A stretch of DNA of 57,020 nucleotides, taken from the NCBI GenBank assembly GCA_013115125.1, contig JABANN010000174.1:1-57020 (forward strand), given 5' to 3'. Origin of the DNA: Perkinsus olseni (taxonomy: Eukaryota). The position numbers and the translations under genes are program-made. Positions 51,501-57,020 of this stretch are shown here, piece by piece; position 1 is the stretch's first letter; each line of letters begins with the position of its first letter. Under the pieces are notes generated by a model that saw only the letters and a list, made by a program, of their open reading frames with translations, had not been told where the DNA came from and searched no databases.

Positions 51501-52733
51501 AAACGAGTGAAGGTTGGAAGATGCTGGACATTTCGTTAACGCCTTCCGATATCAATCCCTGTCTCAACTTAGTAATGAAGCATGCTACGGTAGCATGCTA
51601 TGGTACGGCAGATCATCATCAGTGCCCGCGGCAAGCTGATGATGCTGTTGACAATGTAGAACCTTTCTCGAGTTCGGACTGTCCAGATGGGTAGATGGTT
51701 TCGCAAGTCGTGACTTCGTAATCCTCGGGATCTTTTGGTAAGAGACTCTCGCTGAGAGCAAAGGAATCACCCGAGTTCCTAACGCTCCATCGAGAGGAGT
51801 CCGTCTACTATTTTTTGCTTATTTGGTCCAAGATGCCTCCGCACATGGGCAACTCTCGCTGTACGGTTCGACGTTGAGCGAGAGTTCTCTTGCTCCGAGC
51901 AAGTTGCTAGAGAGCGAGGCAGTTTGTACGACTATGAAATTGTCAGCTCGGTTCTTACAGGAGTCCTCGGAGTCCTCATAGCTATATTTGCAGTCTCCCA
52001 ACCAATTTTCCCACTCTTGGGGGTTCAACTCGAACTCCGAACGCTGCGATGGTTGAAGGTACTGGGGGCGACATGTAGAGAACATAACCCGCCACTTCAC
52101 GGCCAAGGGTAAGGCTGGGCTAGCTCGCAGCGCGAGAGAGGAAGGCTTCCAGTCTCCTTACCATGCGATACCATAATCAGGCGGGCGAGATCTCCTCGTG
52201 CCCGAAAACGAGTGCGATTCTCAATTTCCGGCGCGAACTTGGACCGCAAGATGTGGGAGATTCCGGTGTATCATTCTACGCCCGAGGGTCAAACGGACCC
52301 AAGACTAGTACTACTAGTCTAGTAGCGTTAGCTGTTAAGTTGACAGTGCCAACTTTCAGTCCGAAGTCGCGGATTCCGTATCCAGTATCCACAGGTCGGC
52401 CGAGACCTCGAATGGACCCTGTTGTTGAGGCGTTGACACTTTCAAGGAAGAAGACTTTCACAAAGAAGGTTCGGAAGAGCGCTGAGCTTTCGAGCTTAAG
52501 GCTCGGCCCTCTTCCGAAACCGTAGAGGGGTTACCACACCTGCTTCGCAGAGAAGGCCTGCTTCTGTCACTGACACGATTCGTGTGGGGGACTGTGGACC
52601 ACGTATCGCTTCTAGCCCGACAGCTTCGTGTCACACGACTAGTAGATCATCAAGATTAATGATTCTCGCTTCATCGAGAAAACTATGCGCACCGGAAGTC
52701 CTGGTAACTTGTTCTTAGTTGGTGTTTTCAACA

Positions 52734-53760
52734 ATGTCGTACTCGCCGTGGACCGTCGTGTTCACAGTCATCTGCGGCTTCACTATAACATCGATCGCTG
52801 CGAGTGATCTTTATGATATCTTCTGCAGGCCAGGAACAACTTTGTCCAAGACCGAATGCTTCTTGGAAGAAGACAGACGTGTAACTCGCGCTTTCACCTA
52901 CGAGGTCCGTAGAGCCCCGGATGGTTACTCGCCCACATTGACTGATTATTGCGACGTGGACTGGAAAAGAGGAGCTATCGTATTCTACCCTGGCTGCAAG
53001 CTTGGCCATTTGCCTGACAGTACAAGCTATCACTCCTACGTGCAGAGAAGCGACGAAGACAGGATAGTCGGTGACGACCGCCGTAGACCGTTCAGGAGAG
53101 TGGACAAGGTTCCGAAGATGACAATCAAATCTGATGCGAAGTCGCGAGGGCTGAGGTACACTTCGGCCTCTCCCCGTGCTACACTGGATGTCTCCAAGAA
53201 AGGGAAGCTGACCTGGGGTAAAAATGGTCGTCCCATTGGAGAAGCCGCGTGGCTCAAGAAGGAGGGACATAGGCACACTGCAACAAGCCCTTACTTCGTG
53301 CTCCCAGATGGCCCTGGTGGATTTTTCATCCCTGGCCACGCTGTTGTTCTTGGGAGCACGATCACCGTCCTGCGCAGGTAAAGTGTACGATGATATCTTG
53401 CTTTCGAGCCTTCCGTCGTCTCAGGACCGACCCCGGCCTAAGATTTCCTGATGATGCCAGGTAGGTCGGAATAGCTCGAGTTGTTCGCCGTGCCGTGCCT
53501 CTTTTACCCGCAATGCGGGTCCCGCATTAATCTTATCATATAATCGAGGTCAATGGTACAGGCCCTGTACTACAGGGAGCTGGTGATGATTTTCAGGGAT
53601 CTCGATTCTCCCACTTCAAGTGACGATGAACCCCCGCCGAGGTAGACTCTGCCGAGGCATTTCCGCACGCACGATCCGTCCCTCGCTCAGTTACGAGGAA
53701 GCAATGAGAATGCCGCCCTCCCTAGGGCTATCGCGCCTACAGGTCAGAAATGGTATTCCG
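52734..53760 (+). CDS. Secreted 'FCR' family type C copy 2 (3' exons uncertain)
   Basis: Signal MSYSPWTVVFTVICGFTITSIAA, then YDIFCRPG...TECFLEE...RAFTYEV...TLTDYC. Donor site at ~53378. Confidence 0.7.
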
Positions 53761-55043
53761 GCCCTGGAGACCGACGTCTGAGGACTCACAGCTTGGTACT
53801 GTTGCGGTTGTTGTTGTTGCCATTGCCGTGAAGGCGTTACCCCTGTTGAGTTGGAGTAGGTATGAGCGTCGGCGGCAGTTGGCCACTGATCCCCACCTGT
53901 GGCCGATCACCCTCAGAGTTGGCAGCAGACTGTAACGGCAGTATTTTCCCGAGAGAATGACACGAAGTCGAAGGACTCTAACGATTGATCAATCTTAGCC
54001 ACCCTCACCTTCAGGCAAGCTCGGTATGAGTTAGGTCAGAATCAACAGTTGATTGGATGAAATTCATGCTTCGTAGTTGATTATCAACTTCGAAGCGTGA
54101 ATTTCAGGAAGTAGTTAAGAGATTTTCCGTCGTTAGACGGTGGTATGCGTTACACAGCATCCACGGCTTGACTGGTGAATGCTTTGAAGACATTCGAATC
54201 ACTCACAGTGAAGCGCTACCCGGTAGGGAGAGAATTGACGGCATCCTCATTGATGGCTCAGTCCTCGTCACGCGTGACGCAACACCAGCCCGAGCGAACA
54301 GAGCCCCTCCAGGGCGAAGAACCGAGCGTGAACATCTCCAGCAGAGACTCACTTGGCAGTCACACGAAATCTCCATCTCATCATGTGGTAACTTCGACCA
54401 CAGATGCCGGCAAACCTGAGATAGGATTCCTGACGCCCCGCTAGGAAGCATGAGCCTTACTCTCAACAGGACCTGTCGAACAGGTCCTCAGTGACCCAAA
54501 ATCATCCACCTATCGGGTGGAGCCAGTTCTGCAATGAGCCCCGACGAGCTGGCTTGTTTTTAGCTTACGGACGATTGCTAACGTTGCGGACTGTAAGTCG
54601 GATCATATATGTCTTGTTAAGTTAATAACAACAACCTTGTTAATAACTCCAAATTGAGGAGTTAGCTTCGTTATATTGATGAGGGAGCGATCAGGCATCG
54701 CGTTCGGAGACTCCGGCGGCCGGCTCACAACGACGGTTTCACGGGGTGCGTTGTGGCGATTCGCTAGGAAAGAAACAGCAAGTTGCCATCCGCCCCGGCA
54801 AGTCATGGCGAGATCCTAAAGAGGATTTCGCACCCTCACCGAACAGCGTCTCTTGGCGGAACCATCGACCAAGAGGGAAGACGCGGATCTTTTACTGTGC
54901 ACGGCCCGATGCATAAGGGACTAACCAATCGAGCTCACCAACGGCCGACCGTCGACGAGAGAGTCAGCCTTCCCAGGAGATTGGACGATTTCGCGAGCCA
55001 CTTGAAAAACACAACCGAAATGAAAACGAAGATGCTGGTTATA

Positions 55044-56874
55044 TCAACACTTTCGATTTCCGACAGAATCTTCATAAAACACAACTTCGCCCGAGGACTT
55101 TTCCCTGGCCTCCTGAGGCTGCTGGGACGAACTGTCGAGGAAGGATATCAACTGCCGGGCTGCGTTGAACTTCGCCTCCTAAAAATTAAAATCCAGCAAG
55201 CAAACACCCTAGCCGGGAATCGAACCCACGACCTTGGGCCGTTTCTTCCCACCTTCCCATCTGCCGCTACGCCTACGAACTCTCTACCGTCCAGGCAGTC
55301 CGTGCTCAGCAGCGCTCTGAAGATGGGCGGGACTTCACCCTGAAGACCCACATGATTCAGCCGTCGTGCGTTTCCTCTTACCTTGATGGTTTCGACACGC
55401 CACTTAAATTTCCCAGGCGACTTTCCGGCAAATTTCTGCAGCCTCGTATTAGCCTCGCCAATAGGGTTCGTATGGCCGGCCAGAATTGATCTCTGGATAT
55501 GCTCCCCTGAGATTCAACGATCCCTTGGGAAACACAAGCGAGGGACCGCTACTCTCTGCGGCCGGTAGATGGGTATCGATCTTCTCCAGTGCGTACTTAG
55601 CACACGCCCGCTGAGCGTCCTTCTTGCGAGTCACCCAGGGGCCTCGAAAACTCCTTTCTGTCCCATTCAAAGGGAACGTCGCCGAGGCCGAAAACTGCAA
55701 CGAAGAAACTTCGCTCCGCTAGCACAGTACTTTGAAACCTCACCAAGGGCCTTGGCATCTCCCGAGGCATCATCTCGAGGAACTGCCAGGTAATCCGTCG
55801 GGCGTCCTCGTCGGGCGTCCCACCGTAGGTCTCGACCGTCCTGATCAGACCGATCATCAGCGCCCCACCCTCTCCCGTGTCAAAGCTCACCTCTCTAGAA
55901 TCTGAAGGTGAGGTACTTTGTTATCTTCTGGTCGCCATTCGATAACCTCTTCTTTGTGCGTTCCAACGGAAACGAATTGTCTTGTATCCTCGCCGGCTGC
56001 TGTGCTTTCATATGGCTGAGCTCTTGGTGTTTTCTCAGCTATAGGAGATCTCACCGGCCCAGTGGTCTAACGGTTAGAGAACATGTCTACCATCCGCCAA
56101 GTCCAGAGTTCATTTCCCATCGAGACAAATGGTTACCTACGGCGGGGGCAGCTTCCTTCCCGTCCGACAAAGCCTTTTGAACCTGAGTCGCCAAGCATAC
56201 TGGAATCTCATTTGTTCCACTCGAATGATGATCTCAACTAAGAATTCCAATCGATCATTGTGAAACCGTCGGGAAGCGTTCGATAACAGAGAGTATCCTC
56301 ACCTCCATCAGCAAGCCCACCGGAAGCCCCAGAGGGATCCAAACTTTGTAGTTAGAGGCCAGCAGCGCCTCCCGGGACGAGATGGCGTTGGTCACCAGGG
56401 ACTCCACCATCTGAAGTAAAACCCGCAAAGTCCTCGCGTAACCTCAAGATACCATCGTCGTCCTCGAATCTTATATTTTCCGCCAGAGATAACCATCAAC
56501 GACTCGAATGTTGAAATGAATGAACTCCCGATTCCTGCGGGTGCCCGGCGGCGAAATAAAAGATCTCCTTAACAGCGCCGCGATACCGCATCTCGCCGAA
56601 TTCACGGTGATGTCCGACCTCCCGATAGAGTAGTTCTAAAACCTAGAGTCGATCCTGGAACTGATTTTTAAACGTAAAATATGGTTCTGCAATCGATCTT
56701 GAGTTTCCGAATTGGTCTATTGAACGGGACACCATCACTCACTTGCGAGATCTCCGCATCCGACCGCCCTCTAGCCTTCATTCTCAAGGACACAGCATCG
56801 ATAACCTCACCCCCGTGCAGCCCGTCCGACATTAAAATCAACTGTCGCTCCAATTCAATTGGAACTTCCAGCGT

Positions 56875-56916
<42 letters not shown>

Positions 56917-57020
56917 CGCGGCGGCGCGCCCGGGGGGGGGGGGGGGGGTGGGTGGGGGGGCTGGTGAGGTCTGGTCGGCTACGGTGACGATGGAGCCGAG
57001 GTAGACGGGTCTGAGAGCGG
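55044..57020 (-). CDS. Protein with two C-terminal double-stranded RNA-binding-like domains (5' part outside window)
   Basis: Spliced exons give FSASATFP...FRGPWVTRKKDAQRACAKYALEKI and NPIGEANTRLQK...PPIFRALL...EFVGVAADGKEAKFNAARQLISFL, both with dsRBD pattern. Confidence 0.65.

Noticed and set aside
54468-54488. Hairpin aggacctgt-cga-acaggtcct
   Set aside because: Single 9-bp stem with no context; compatible with chance.
56056-56127. Apparent tRNA gene
   Set aside because: The A-box-like 5' part is in an intron, but stems do not pair and the 3' part overlaps an opposite-strand exon.
56876-56960. Long poly-G tract (G-quadruplex or poly-Gly/Pro)
   Set aside because: A pure homopolymer of this length is commonly a sequencing or assembly artefact and cannot be interpreted without reads.

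Overview
Gene-dense eukaryotic protist DNA with many short (~35-55 nt) GT-AG introns, small intergenic gaps and genes in same-strand blocks. Protein content and style suggest a Perkinsus-like alveolate (inference). About 1-40 kb is housekeeping: an SLC35F-type transporter, cystathionine beta-synthase, an MPP-beta/core-1-like M16 protein with altered zinc ligands, helical-repeat proteins, an ACBP-domain membrane protein, a tandem pair of secreted proteins, a coiled-coil protein, an intact tRNA-Ser(AGA), BBS5, V-ATPase subunit C, PDZ, RRM and ER CS-domain proteins. About 42-54 kb is an accessory cluster of six related lineage-specific genes with duplication, pseudogenisation and a TIR-element insertion. 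A protein with two dsRBD-like domains runs off the right end. The most striking unexplained signal is a small set of short motifs recurring in introns and intergenic DNA on both strands: tRNA T-arm/B-box fragments, a ~28-bp GTATCTT...AAGATAC palindromic element, GCGGAGCGAAG and GCGCCACGAAATT. Exon boundaries were inferred by eye, so coordinates of spliced genes are approximate.
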